DNA of 64,000 nt, taken from positions 62,742-126,741 of the IMG/VR virus record IMGVR_UViG_3300049988_000245, one strand, 5' to 3'. The position numbers and the translations under genes are program-made. The notes beneath the pieces are model-generated. The model worked only from the letters and a program-made list of their open reading frames with translations. It made no database searches and had not been told where the DNA came from. Shown piece by piece: positions 29,750 through 38,742 of the stretch (its first letter is position 1; each line of letters begins with the position of its first letter). Origin of the DNA: a virus.

Positions 29750-31966
29750 GTGATTCATGATATTGGTTGTACGAATCTGTCCAACCACGAGATGAGGCTT
29801 TTTATGATTCCGTTTCGTTACGCCATTGTTCTGAAGAATCTCACTAAGGCGCAGGTCGCAGCGCTTTGTATCCATGTCGCGGGTAAAAGATTGAATATGC
29901 CTCAGATTTTTAAGATCGCGTTTGATAACGATCTAATGTCGTTGATTGACGTTCGAGTCGGAGAAGAGCTTAATTCTCCGACTTGGAAGAACTCGTATCA
30001 AGGTTCTCTTGCAAACGAGGCCAAGCTTCCCAATTCGATAATTTCTCGATTTGAGAACGATGGTCTCATGGAATATGACGTGACCGAGTATTTCGACATC
30101 GATTTGAAGAGAATTTTTGGTCCCAATTCATGGAAGGATTATGAGAACGCTTTGAACCGCGATCCGGAGATTCAAGAAGAAATACAGACTAAGTCGATGC
30201 ATGTCGCAAAAATGGATTTCTTCATCAAAAATACTCTCGACACTGCGCCGGTTGGTGTGATGTTTCGAGAGCTTGTGATGAACGGGATTGAGGCTCCCGC
30301 GCCTGAGAGCACTACAGAGAACTATCTCCGGAGAATCCGGATTATGAGCTACGACCACTTTGGCACACCGAAGGCTATGATCGTCAACAACGGGCGTGGA
30401 CTAGACCGGTTCGAGATGGACCGGATGATGGCGCTTGCCTATTCCGGTGGAAAGGAAATGGGTACCGAGGGTCGGTTGAATCGTGGTGAGGGCGCGAAAA
30501 TCGCAGCAATGCGATTTAACAGGAACGGACTGGTATGGCAGTCCCGTAAGGGCGTAGGCCCGGTTTACCAGTGTGGTCTGATGTTCAATGAGGATACGGA
30601 TTCCTACGGGCGCATCTTGGCTGAGAACGGACAAACCGTATGGCCTGCACCCGAAGACGACGCAAACCCTTTTCCTTCTGGCGACTTTGTTCGTGTCATC
30701 CTTCTTGGAAATGATGCGAAGCAAGATACTGTTTCAAATCCGTATGGGCAGAGGGACTCGGCACATACGATCACGCGAGAAATCTGGAACCGCTGGTACA
30801 AGTATCCGTCCGTCAAAGACGGCTACCGCCTCATTGTAGAAACCTCCGACAAGGTGAACAACCGGTCCGGAAAGGCTTTCCGCCGAGCCCTGTGCCAGCA
30901 CGACTTTCATCAAAATGCCGCTGCGCACAATATCACCATCGATGTTGTCACCACTTCCGGAGACGTGAAGATCGAGTTCGTCCGCGCTGAACCCCTTAGC
31001 GAAACGTTCGGCAAGACCGCCTATAGTCGGGAGTCAACCGGCGAGAACGGTTCTCGCATGGCAATCGTTTGGCGGAACGAGATGTACGACGTTCATGCTC
31101 CCGCCAAGTGGTACCTCGAAGCCTCATCATTTGGTTTGGGACCGCTGGCGGCATCTGTCGGCGTGTTTATCCATCTCCCAGACTCTTTTGACGCTAAGGA
31201 TGACAGATTCCGGAGCACGCTGGAGTCGGGGGGGCATACCGTTGTGTGCAAAGACTTTCGCGAAGTCATCTTCAACGCGCGTCCGGAATGGATCAAGAAG
31301 GCTGTTGACAAGGCCCTGAAGCAGAAGTTTGATCTCAGCGACGTTAACCAATACCTTCAGGAGCTTGCAAATTCTCTTCGCCCTCAGGCTCCGGGCGCAG
31401 AGGATAATGTCATCGATCTTCGAACCAAGCGAGGCGGCAGCGGGGGTGGGGATTCGGCGGCTAAACGTCGTACCGGTCTTTTCTCAACGCGCGGGTCCGG
31501 TGCCAAGACGGGTACACCGATTGTGGCCCCTAGCGTTCACTGGTCTACGCCGTCCGAGGAGCCTAACCTGAAGGATCGCGGTGCCTACTTCAACCGGGCG
31601 ACCAATGCACTCTTTTTGAACGAGAACTATGGCCCGATCAAATCGATCGGTAATCGTATCGAGGGGCAAATCTACCCCCCTCGCATCCAGTTGACCGACG
31701 AAGGTGTCGTCGAGCTTCGTGAGCTTGCGAAGTACGAGATTTATCGACGGTTGGGAAAGGCTGTCGGCGAACTGGTGGTACGAGGAATCGCCAAGGCTGG
31801 CGAGCAGAACTGGACCGAGGAGCAGATCGATCAGAGTGTTGGTGCTGACGCTTTGACGATCAACACTGAGACCAACCGTGATGCCGAAATCGTCGCGGCC
31901 ATCAAGGCTTCTCCGCAGTACAAGCACATCATGACCAAGGTGTCTGCGGGGCAGGCAACGGCATGA
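29750..31966 (+). CDS. GHKL (MORC/Hsp90-like) ATPase-domain protein
   Basis: FRELVMNGIEA (N box), NNGRGL (G1), NRGEGAKIAA (G2); start uncertain. Confidence 0.7.
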   Translation: MIHDIGCTNLSNHEMRLFMIPFRYAIVLKNLTKAQVAALCIHVAGKRLNMPQIFKIAFDNDLMSLIDVRVGEELNSPTWKNSYQGSLANEAKLPNSIISRFENDGLMEYDVTEYFDIDLKRIFGPNSWKDYENALNRDPEIQEEIQTKSMHVAKMDFFIKNTLDTAPVGVMFRELVMNGIEAPAPESTTENYLRRIRIMSYDHFGTPKAMIVNNGRGLDRFEMDRMMALAYSGGKEMGTEGRLNRGEGAKIAAMRFNRNGLVWQSRKGVGPVYQCGLMFNEDTDSYGRILAENGQTVWPAPEDDANPFPSGDFVRVILLGNDAKQDTVSNPYGQRDSAHTITREIWNRWYKYPSVKDGYRLIVETSDKVNNRSGKAFRRALCQHDFHQNAAAHNITIDVVTTSGDVKIEFVRAEPLSETFGKTAYSRESTGENGSRMAIVWRNEMYDVHAPAKWYLEASSFGLGPLAASVGVFIHLPDSFDAKDDRFRSTLESGGHTVVCKDFREVIFNARPEWIKKAVDKALKQKFDLSDVNQYLQELANSLRPQAPGAEDNVIDLRTKRGGSGGGDSAAKRRTGLFSTRGSGAKTGTPIVAPSVHWSTPSEEPNLKDRGAYFNRATNALFLNENYGPIKSIGNRIEGQIYPPRIQLTDEGVVELRELAKYEIYRRLGKAVGELVVRGIAKAGEQNWTEEQIDQSVGADALTINTETNRDAEIVAAIKASPQYKHIMTKVSAGQATA

Positions 31967-32652
31967 CGGTCAGCGTAACCCTCAAACGGGAAGACGAGAT
32001 TCGAATCGTTTCCCTACACGTCGAGGCTGAGTGGCCTCTGCGGAAAATCGCAGAGACTTACAGCACCAGCAATCATCGCGTTAAACGCATCTTGGAGCGC
32101 CACGGCGCTCCAATTCGAACCGAAGGCTGGAAGTTGGAGCCACTTTCCGAAGAACGAAAGAAACAGATTAGTAGTCAACAAAAAGGGCTTCCTTGCTGGA
32201 TGCGAGGAAGAAAAATGACCGATGAACATCTTCGAAAGATGATGGCAAGTAAGTTGAAAACAAAACGGTCTTTATCAGAATATAAAGACCTCGAACGATT
32301 GAAAATCCTTACGGGTATAACGTCCAGGCATCGAAAGATGCTGAGCTTTACCGATGAATCGCGATTCGCGTTCATTGACAAGTTCTATTTCGATGAAGCA
32401 TTCAACGCAATATATGATGCTTGGTTAGTAAACGACAAAAATAAGTGGTGGTACCCTTCGATTGATCATAAAATCCCGAAATCGTTGGGAGGATGTTTCT
32501 CCCTCGACAATCTTCAATTCTTAACTTGGTTTGAGAATCGGGCAAAGGCTGATATCCCCCAGGATCAATGGGAGGAGCTTAAGAGATTCACGAACACAAA
32601 GTCGAACCTTTTCATAGAATCCATTCTTGAATCGCGGCGACGATCTAATTGA
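31963..32652 (+). CDS. HNH homing endonuclease with NUMOD3-like repeats
   Basis: SEERKKQIS, PSIDHKIPKSLGG...NLQFLTWFENRAK; low GC. Confidence 0.8.
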   Translation: MTVSVTLKREDEIRIVSLHVEAEWPLRKIAETYSTSNHRVKRILERHGAPIRTEGWKLEPLSEERKKQISSQQKGLPCWMRGRKMTDEHLRKMMASKLKTKRSLSEYKDLERLKILTGITSRHRKMLSFTDESRFAFIDKFYFDEAFNAIYDAWLVNDKNKWWYPSIDHKIPKSLGGCFSLDNLQFLTWFENRAKADIPQDQWEELKRFTNTKSNLFIESILESRRRSN

Positions 32653-33022
32653 CGTAATCTCCGTCAGCGATACCTGACACTTCCATACGGGCGCGCCATC
32701 CTTCATCGAGCGGGCGCGCATCCGTATGAAGTCGGGCTTCCAGTGCATCGTTGTCCGAATACACATGCAATACGATTGTATCATAAACCGTATACTTGGT
32801 ATACCAGCTATCCGGTTTCGTATCGACAACGAATCGAATGAATTCCCAATGATATGGAATCTCGCGGTGATCGAGATAGTTCACAAGGCGGTCTGATTCC
32901 TCCGCGTGATACCAGTAGGTAGCTCGGAGAGATCGAATCAGACATCCGTCATGGATGTGGCCGGGCGGGAACGGGTTGAAGTCGGTTCCAAATTCGTGCC
33001 AGAAAATCATGAAGCTACGCAC
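32645..33022 (-). CDS. divergent FKMRW-family protein
   Basis: Last gene of the array; degenerate SDNDALEARL motif. Confidence 0.55.
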   Translation of the reverse strand: MRSFMIFWHEFGTDFNPFPPGHIHDGCLIRSLRATYWYHAEESDRLVNYLDHREIPYHWEFIRFVVDTKPDSWYTKYTVYDTIVLHVYSDNDALEARLHTDARPLDEGWRARMEVSGIADGDYVN

Positions 33023-33299
33023 GGCAGGTCGCTCCCCAGGTGAGTCGAAATTCGAAAGCCTGCTCAGGCGTTACGCTGGCGATCAATTCCTTGCGGCTTT
33101 CCCAATTCGGAACAGGCTCGGTCAGAACGATTCCCCGCGCTACACACCAATCCACGATGGGTTGGCCCAGGCGTTCAAAATCCTCGCGTGGCTGAACGAA
33201 AAAGTCGATCACCCAACCCTCGTCCTGCCAATCCCACTGGTTTCCGTCCCAGGACCATCCGTGGTCGAACCAGTGGACGCCCGCCTTAAGTCCATTCAT
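33015..33299 (-). CDS. FKMRW-family mini-protein
   Basis: DWCVARG...PEQAFEFRLTWG. Confidence 0.75.
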   Translation of the reverse strand: MNGLKAGVHWFDHGWSWDGNQWDWQDEGWVIDFFVQPREDFERLGQPIVDWCVARGIVLTEPVPNWESRKELIASVTPEQAFEFRLTWGATCRA

Positions 33300-33591
33300 C
33301 GTCGGTGACGACCGCTCCATGCCATCTGAGCTTAAACGCGACCGCCGTGGCGTAGTCTTGAAAGACGATCGCCGGAACGGAGGCCGAAGTCTTGACCGGG
33401 CAGAGCCGGTATCGATCCTGCGCGTGTTCGTCCAGCCAGCGCGCCACAGGGTTGATCGGGGAGGTCGTCGTGCAGAACGGGTATACGAGCGGGCTATCCT
33501 CGGAGAAGATCGCGCTGACCGTCCCTGCATCTCGCATCGTCCAGGGCACGCGGGGATCACCGCCCGGATGCTCGACCAATTTGAAGCTCAT
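33286..33591 (-). CDS. FKMRW-family mini-protein
   Basis: WLDEH...DYATAVAFKLRWHG. Confidence 0.8.
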   Translation of the reverse strand: MSFKLVEHPGGDPRVPWTMRDAGTVSAIFSEDSPLVYPFCTTTSPINPVARWLDEHAQDRYRLCPVKTSASVPAIVFQDYATAVAFKLRWHGAVVTDDEWT

Positions 33592-33827
33592 TGCCAGCGC
33601 ATCCGGTAGGCGAACGCATCTGCGGGATCGGCGAATAGAAACACGAACAGGCCCGCCGGATCGTAATGAGGAGCGAAGTCGCCCTTACAGAACTCTTTGC
33701 ACCAATCCGACTGAGCGGAGATGAACGCAAGAATTTCACCTTCCTCACGCATTTCGATGATCATCCGCGTTAGGTTGAGGTGTCCGTCATTCTCTTCGAG
33801 GAGCATTTCGTTGGCGTTCCGTCGCAT
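33588..33827 (-). CDS. FKMRW-family mini-protein
   Basis: WCKEF...DPADAFAYRMRWQ. Confidence 0.8.
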   Translation of the reverse strand: MRRNANEMLLEENDGHLNLTRMIIEMREEGEILAFISAQSDWCKEFCKGDFAPHYDPAGLFVFLFADPADAFAYRMRWQ

Positions 33828-34087
33828 TAGCACCATCTCATCTTAAACGCGAACGCATCGTCTTCGTAACGGAACAGGAATCCCGAGCCCTGTCGGACCC
33901 ACCGGCCATTGAACCAATCGTCATGAGGGATCGGGAAATTCTCGACGCACCATGCGGCAACCACATCGACCTGTCTCGTTCGATCCTTGATCTTTGCCAA
34001 AGATTCCTGTGAACCTCGCAGGACCATAATGAATCGATACGGGTAGATCGAGCCGTCATTCCGATCGACTTGCCGCCAGCGCATCAT
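33827..34087 (-). CDS. FKMRW-family mini-protein
   Basis: WCVENF...EDDAFAFKMRWC. Confidence 0.8.
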   Translation of the reverse strand: MMRWRQVDRNDGSIYPYRFIMVLRGSQESLAKIKDRTRQVDVVAAWCVENFPIPHDDWFNGRWVRQGSGFLFRYEDDAFAFKMRWC

Positions 34088-34260
34088 CCCCACCGCATCT
34101 TGAATTCGAACGCCGTGTCCGGGTCGGAGAATGTCACACCAACGCGCCCAATGGGGAACGTGAATCGGCCCGGCCTGGATGGTTCTTGCAGCCATTTCGT
34201 CAGATCGGGCGCGTGAGCATCGTCGAACGCTTTGCTCTTCGACATATCCACGAAGATCAC
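34084..34260 (-). CDS. FKMRW-family mini-protein, absent from ORF track (possibly frameshifted 5' end)
   Basis: Hand translation: VIFVDMSKSK...KWLQE...FSDPDTAFEFKMRWG*. Confidence 0.65.
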   Translation of the reverse strand: MIFVDMSKSKAFDDAHAPDLTKWLQEPSRPGRFTFPIGRVGVTFSDPDTAFEFKMRWG

Positions 34261-34296
34261 GCACTCGACGAGGTGGGTACTTCTCCCAGGTTGCCA

Positions 34297-34593
34297 TCAG
34301 CCCCATCGCATCTTGAATTCGAACGCGTCCTGCTCGAACCGGAATTTGAACGAGGTCCCCTCGGAGGTCCAGCGCCATAGGTTGAGCGCACGGGCCGCCA
34401 GACGGTCATCGGTGCCGAACTGGAGACGACACCACTCGCTGGTCTCGTAGGCCGCTCTACGGCGATCCTTGATGGTCTGGCGACGGAGGGCGATCTGCGC
34501 GGGCAGTGCGGCGAGCGCGGAGGTGTCGAGCGCGAACACGTACGGATAGCGCTCCTGTCCGACATTCGGTGGTGGGCTCATCTGCCAGCGCAT
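34297..34593 (-). CDS. FKMRW-family mini-protein
   Basis: WCRLQFG...EQDAFEFKMRWG. Confidence 0.8.
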   Translation of the reverse strand: MRWQMSPPPNVGQERYPYVFALDTSALAALPAQIALRRQTIKDRRRAAYETSEWCRLQFGTDDRLAARALNLWRWTSEGTSFKFRFEQDAFEFKMRWG

Positions 34594-34853
34594 TACCCGA
34601 ACCTCATCTGAAGAGCAAAGGCGTCTTCGATACGCGCGAACAGGATGGTCGAACCATGAACGGCCCAAACAGTATTCGTCTCCGGCCCGTACTGTTCACG
34701 GCACCACTCGATCATGTCGTCTCGAAACTTGGCGCGGTCTTCCCATCCGGGAGACGCCGCCGTTCCGAAATGAGAACCCGGCGGTAGCCATATCCCATGC
34801 TGGAGTTCGGCGCCTAAACCTTCGTAGCTGAGATATTCCAGCCGGGCAGTCAT
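34593..34853 (-). CDS. FKMRW-family mini-protein
   Basis: WCREQYG...IEDAFALQMRFG. Confidence 0.8.
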   Translation of the reverse strand: MTARLEYLSYEGLGAELQHGIWLPPGSHFGTAASPGWEDRAKFRDDMIEWCREQYGPETNTVWAVHGSTILFARIEDAFALQMRFG

Positions 34854-35092
34854 CAGCACCACCTCAGTTTGAACGCCGTGGCATCCGATTCCAGCCGGAA
34901 AAGGAATTCGCGCTGAGTCACCGTATAGGTCCAGCGATTTGGAATGGACCCGTCAAACTGTTCACCGCACCACGAAATCACTTTGGTGAACCGCCTGATA
35001 TCGAGATCATGCCGATCGCGTTGATCCCGGAGCACGAACACGTACGGAAACGTGTAGTCCTGTTGATCCAGAATGAAGCGAAGCTCGTCCAT
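34853..35092 (-). CDS. FKMRW-family mini-protein
   Basis: WCGEQF...ESDATAFKLRWC. Confidence 0.8.
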   Translation of the reverse strand: MDELRFILDQQDYTFPYVFVLRDQRDRHDLDIRRFTKVISWCGEQFDGSIPNRWTYTVTQREFLFRLESDATAFKLRWC

Positions 35093-35503
35093 ATCAGGCC
35101 AGGACGCCGGGGGCGCCTTCTCTCAGCTTGAGATGGATGATCGTGGCGGTTCCGGGAATCCGGTTGGTCATTCCATCGAGCCGGGGTGCCCAGACGGCGA
35201 GCGCGGACTTCGACATCTCGTACACCACCGTGGGAGTTCCGTTCTGAACCCCATAGTCACCCTTGGAGGCGGTGTGGCCGACAGATGGTCCGGATGCCAT
35301 GCCGATGTAGTTGACCTCGGATAGGAACGTCGCGCGCTCGTCCTCGGAGAGACGGTTGAGTAGACCGTCGTGGATGCACTGCTGAGCCTTTACGATTGCC
35401 TCGTAGTCCATGGAATCCTCCTGATGGATTCCAATCATATACCTCAAAACGAAAAAAGGGCAACCAGAAGGCCGCCCTTTCCTCTCGACGATTCAGTTAT
35501 GGT

Positions 35504-36565
35504 TTACGCGTAGGTGAAGCACACCAGGGCGGAACCGACCGTTGCCGTGCCAGTGACGGAGAGAACGAGGTTCGTCTCGGACGTGGTCGGGAAGCGGTAG
35601 GTTGGGGTCACAACGTAGGTACCCGGAACGCTGAGATCGATGGCATTGCCGTCGAGCAGGCGAGAGAGGTTCGCGTTGTCACCAACCGTGATGTCCAGGG
35701 TTCCGTCGAACGCCGTGGTGACTTCGACGGAAATCTCGACTACGCGGGCGCCGTTGCCGATCGAACCGAGGACGGTCGAAGCAGCGGTTGCCGGGGTCAG
35801 GATGACCGAGGAGGTCAGGGCGTCGGAGCGAGCCGAGTCCTGGGTCGCCGTGCAGACGAAGGCTGAACCGGTCCACGTGTAGGTGGCCCACTCGCCAGAC
35901 GCTGCGTCGGTTGCGATGCCGGAGGCGTCGGTGACGAACACGGTGTCACCCGCGTTGAGGCCGGTGAGGGCGTCACGTGCGGCGATGGTCGGGACGATGT
36001 TGTTCTTCGAGGCTGCACCGTTCGCGGCAACGCCCTTGGCGCCGACGTAGCGGTAAGCTTCGACGTAGATGCCATCGGCCGCGACCGTGACGTTGCCGCC
36101 CGGCGAGGTCTTTGTTCCCGGAATGCCACCGATGAACGTGAGCACGCCAGCGACGGAGTCGAACACCCACTCCTCGCCGGTTTGATCCGGGAAGATACGC
36201 GCGGACTTGGTCGTATTCGGATCGCCGATGTACGCCTTGACCGCGTAGGACGAACCGAAGGTCGCCGGGATGAAGTCACCGAGGCCCGCGAGCCATGTAA
36301 GGTTCAGGGTCGAGGTGCCATCGACGGACAGCTTGACGCGGTTCGCACCGGTCAGCTTCGAAACGACCGAGGTGGACGCCGCAGGAGCGACGGCCGGGAT
36401 ATCGGTGGTCTTGGTCTGGGTCCAGATGTTGTCCGCGAAGATGGTGATCGGCGAGGCAATCGTCTCGTTCGAACCGGCCTTCTTAGCGGTGGTATCCGAC
36501 TTGGATACGCCGAAGGCAACCTTCTTCCAGAGTAGGTCGAGCTTTTCGGAATCAGAAATAGCCAT
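35504..36565 (-). CDS. putative virion structural protein
   Basis: AGGAGG RBS; Ala/Thr/Gly-rich beta-type composition; strong codon bias; late operon. Confidence 0.7.
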   Translation of the reverse strand: MAISDSEKLDLLWKKVAFGVSKSDTTAKKAGSNETIASPITIFADNIWTQTKTTDIPAVAPAASTSVVSKLTGANRVKLSVDGTSTLNLTWLAGLGDFIPATFGSSYAVKAYIGDPNTTKSARIFPDQTGEEWVFDSVAGVLTFIGGIPGTKTSPGGNVTVAADGIYVEAYRYVGAKGVAANGAASKNNIVPTIAARDALTGLNAGDTVFVTDASGIATDAASGEWATYTWTGSAFVCTATQDSARSDALTSSVILTPATAASTVLGSIGNGARVVEISVEVTTAFDGTLDITVGDNANLSRLLDGNAIDLSVPGTYVVTPTYRFPTTSETNLVLSVTGTATVGSALVCFTYA

Positions 36566-36581
36566 GTGTCAATTCCTCCTA

Positions 36582-38405
36582 TTAGTTCGTGAACGAAAGC
36601 GAGGTGATTGACTGACCTGCGTTCAGCTTGAAGCGAACGAGAATCTGGTTACCCGTCGAGTTCGTCGAGGACTGAGTACCGAAGGTACCAACGAAGGTGC
36701 CACCGTTACCAGACATAACCGTACCCAGGGCGCAGCCCGTGGTCGGATCGCCTGCTTCACCGGGGACGCCCGCGCCGTCGTACGGCAGGTACATGTTCCA
36801 CCAACCGTTCGCGTCAGAGCCGGACGGGGAGATGGAGGAGTTGTCCGAGACGCCCGGAAGCTTGATCTGGCAACCGGCGTAGTTACCGGCAACGACGATC
36901 GAGAACTTGGAGACGGCCGAACGGTTGAACGAGAACGTCACGTACTGGACGCCAGCCTGCGTGGACAGGTTCGGACCAGCCGGGAGGTAACCGACCGAGT
37001 AGTTGGTCTGATCGGCGCGGAGGACACCAGCGACGACAGCGGCTTCGTACGTGGCAAGAGCGACGGACGGGTCGAAGGTCGTCGCGGCAGCGGCCGGGGT
37101 ATCGCCGTTCGCGGTGTTGACGCGAACCGCATTGTTGTTGTTCGGGAGAGCGCCGAGTCCGGAGACAGGTACGTTCATCTCGTAGACCTTGCCAGCCTGG
37201 GTACCAGCCATGACGAGGACGTTCGTGGCAAGACCAGCAGCGCCGGAGCCGTTGACGTTCTTAGCAGTGGCCGAGAGCGTACCGACAGCGAACACGTTCG
37301 AGCCGTTAACGTTGACGGTCACCGGGGTGATCGCCGTGGCAGCGGTGGTGTTGCGTGCGATCGGGGTGGTGATACCCTGAGCGCCGTAGGTGTAGCTCTG
37401 AGCGCCGATGATGCCGTTTGAGCCCGAGACGACGAGCGGATCAGAACCACCGTAGTAGGTCTCGCCGGAAAGGTTGGCGACCGAGAGACCGAGCGTCAGG
37501 GTTCCGCCAGCGTTGTAGTGAGGAACACCCGAGGAGTACGAAACCGTGCCGAGGGTGCTCTGAGCCACAGTAGCCAGCGTCACAGCCGGAACCGCAGTCA
37601 TACCGTCCTTGACGAAGTAGATTTCGTTGGATGCCGAAGCAGCCGTATCAGTGAGCTTGATCTTGTTGACACCGTTCGAGGAGGTCGGACCAGCCACGGC
37701 AACATCGATCGACTTCCAGAATCCAGGGGTGGAAACCGGGTAGTCCTTCTGGTCGCTGATCTGGAGACCGCCGAACGTACCAGCGTCGCCCGAACCGGTG
37801 AGCGTCTTAGAACCGACAACTGCGCCGTTTAGAAGGAGCGAGATGGTGCCGGAATCCCCCGGACCAACGTCATTGAGTGTGTTGGTGGTCGGATTGTTGA
37901 CGATACGAGTAACCGACTGGCCAGCCGCATACGGCGAGGTGGTCGAGTTGTCCGGAACGCCGCCAGCGGCGAGGAGCGGGGTGTTACCGGTAGCGTTGTT
38001 GATCGAGATCGCGCCGTTCGGGAACTGCGGGGGCTGTGACGGGATGAGCTTCGCCAGAACTTCGTTCAGCGAATCCACGGCGTCAGACACCTTGGTCGTA
38101 TTGGTCAGTGCGATCGCGCCGGGTTGCCAGGAGCCGTCACCTTTGGAGGAAACGTCGCCTAGATTGAGATCAAATCCATCGACGTTGCCGATCGCCGTAG
38201 AGGCGTTAGACTGCACCTGCTGAAGCTGGGAGAGCGTCACGAGATCGTTCAGCGCCACGGCGTCCTTACCCTTGACGTTCGTCAGGGAGCCGGTTGCAGT
38301 GACGGCTTCGAAATGTCCCGAGTTAGCGACGAACTTAGGTCCAGCCTTACCGAACTGAACCTGCGTACCAACGCCAACAAGGCCGAAATTCTTTGTATCA
38401 GCCAT
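36582..38405 (-). CDS. putative virion structural protein (fibre/decoration-like)
   Basis: MADTKNFGLVGVG..VQFGK; Gly/Thr/Ser/Asn-rich; TAAATA at ~38463-38468. Confidence 0.7.
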   Translation of the reverse strand: MADTKNFGLVGVGTQVQFGKAGPKFVANSGHFEAVTATGSLTNVKGKDAVALNDLVTLSQLQQVQSNASTAIGNVDGFDLNLGDVSSKGDGSWQPGAIALTNTTKVSDAVDSLNEVLAKLIPSQPPQFPNGAISINNATGNTPLLAAGGVPDNSTTSPYAAGQSVTRIVNNPTTNTLNDVGPGDSGTISLLLNGAVVGSKTLTGSGDAGTFGGLQISDQKDYPVSTPGFWKSIDVAVAGPTSSNGVNKIKLTDTAASASNEIYFVKDGMTAVPAVTLATVAQSTLGTVSYSSGVPHYNAGGTLTLGLSVANLSGETYYGGSDPLVVSGSNGIIGAQSYTYGAQGITTPIARNTTAATAITPVTVNVNGSNVFAVGTLSATAKNVNGSGAAGLATNVLVMAGTQAGKVYEMNVPVSGLGALPNNNNAVRVNTANGDTPAAAATTFDPSVALATYEAAVVAGVLRADQTNYSVGYLPAGPNLSTQAGVQYVTFSFNRSAVSKFSIVVAGNYAGCQIKLPGVSDNSSISPSGSDANGWWNMYLPYDGAGVPGEAGDPTTGCALGTVMSGNGGTFVGTFGTQSSTNSTGNQILVRFKLNAGQSITSLSFTN

Positions 38406-38742
38406 TCAAATATCTCCTAATGTATTGGAGGGTTGGCCCCGTTAATAGGCGGGGCGTAAGTGTATTTAGGGTGTGATAAGAACTACAAAGCAGAACAGTT
38501 AATAATTTTTAATACATTTGGCTCAAAAATAATAAATGATTCAGTATAAAGCTTGTCGGAGTAGTGCGTGAAGATTCGTTATAAAAAGATGCGTCGCAAG
38601 CTCCTAGCTGAACTCATCGTCCTCCGGGGCATCGTGACGATCGCCCAGGCCCAACGTCAAACGGACACCGTGATGGTGTCCGGAATGAAGTTATGGGAGG
38701 TCCAGATGGAGCTTGTCCGGCTAAGGCATTCGCGCGTGAAAA

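Noticed and set aside
32645..35092. Diversity-generating retroelement or integron
   Set aside because: No reverse transcriptase, TR/VR pair, integrase or attC spacers in the window; the genes overlap directly.
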